From Halorutilales archaeon Cl-col2-1 (GTDB taxonomy: Archaea > Halobacteriota > Halobacteria > Halobacteriales > Afararchaeaceae), in NCBI GenBank assembly GCA_041891055.1, contig CP169074.1, positions 768,001-832,000 on the forward strand: a stretch of 64,000 nucleotides of DNA. Reading direction: 5' to 3'. The notes below the pieces were generated by a model. The model was given only the letters and a program-made list of their open reading frames with translations, ran no database searches and was not told the origin of the DNA. Made by a program: the position numbers and the translations under genes. This document shows, in pieces, positions 63,576-64,000 of this stretch. Numbering within the stretch: position 1 is the stretch's first letter; every line of letters starts with the position of its first letter.

Positions 63576-64000
63576 ATGTCGGAAAGCCACGGGAGTTTCA
63601 GAAAGATAGTAGAGAGTCTCGACGACGGAGTCGTACTGACTCAGGAGGGGGAGGTCAGATACATCAACGACGCCGCAGTCGAGGTACTCGGTAGGGGAAG
63701 AGAGGAGGTGAAAGGCAGTCGGTTCACCGAGTTCGTGCGTCTTGAGGAGGGACTCGGTACCGACGGAAGCCAAGAAGGCAAGGTAGTATCCGGCTCGGAG
63801 GCTAGTGGAAAGCCCGTCGAGGTCGATCTGTCGGAGGTCGAGTACGAGGGATCGCCAGCCTCCCTCGTGGTTCTGCGAGACATAACCGAGAGGAAGGAGA
63901 TGGAGGAGATACTAGAATGTATCCAGATGATAGACAGATCAGTCCTCCAGGCGGAGGAGGAAGACGATCTCCTCGACTGGGCTTGTGAGGTTCTCGCGTC
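63576..64000 (+). CDS. PAS(-GAF) sensor protein, runs off the window end
   Basis: Translated by hand: MSESHGSFRKIVESLDDGVVLTQEGEVRYINDAA...RDITERKEME...DDLLDWACEVL; no stop before 64000. Confidence 0.8.
   Translation, partial: MSESHGSFRKIVESLDDGVVLTQEGEVRYINDAAVEVLGRGREEVKGSRFTEFVRLEEGLGTDGSQEGKVVSGSEASGKPVEVDLSEVEYEGSPASLVVLRDITERKEMEEILECIQMIDRSVLQAEEEDDLLDWACEVLA

Noticed and set aside
1-64000. CRISPR arrays, rRNA, IS elements, inteins and tRNA introns
   Set aside because: None seen: no regularly spaced repeats, no transposase motifs, proteins such as RfcL are of normal length, and the tRNAs are uninterrupted.

Overview
About 64 kb of core chromosome from an extremely halophilic archaeon (class Halobacteria). 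Evidence: very acidic proteins, archaeal information-processing genes and short TATA-type promoters. Heavy use of AGA/ATA codons and free use of CTAG suggest a lineage outside the well-studied genera, possibly Halorutilales-like (inference). The window holds the conserved aIF2-gamma/PIN/rpoE1/spt4/DUF359/rps24e/rps27ae/kae1-bud32 cluster (interrupted by a RHH-RelE toxin-antitoxin pair), aIF1A, thermosome, Get3/ArsA, rfcL, an Rnl3-type RNA ligase, folC-folP, purD, purK/purE, a liv-type ABC transporter, three tRNAs (Thr-CGU, Ser-CGA, Pro-UGG) and at least seven sensor histidine kinases with no response regulator. No CRISPR array, rRNA, IS element or integrase was seen. Most notable observations: (1) an unannotated, extensively base-paired ~185-nt element with an alternative or pseudoknot pairing and a U-tract between divergent folC-folP and purD, a candidate archaeal riboswitch or ncRNA; (2) a circularly permuted LivJ-type solute-binding lipoprotein; (3) a Tat-exported receptor-like pseudokinase (PQQ propeller-PKD-TM-kinase); (4) a cluster mirroring mycobacterial DosR dormancy genes (Hsp20, erythromycin-esterase-like, PRTase, alpha/beta hydrolase, USP); (5) a UUG-initiated aIF2-gamma; (6) strong apparent GGCC avoidance. 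All family calls are from motif recognition by eye; no database searches were run.
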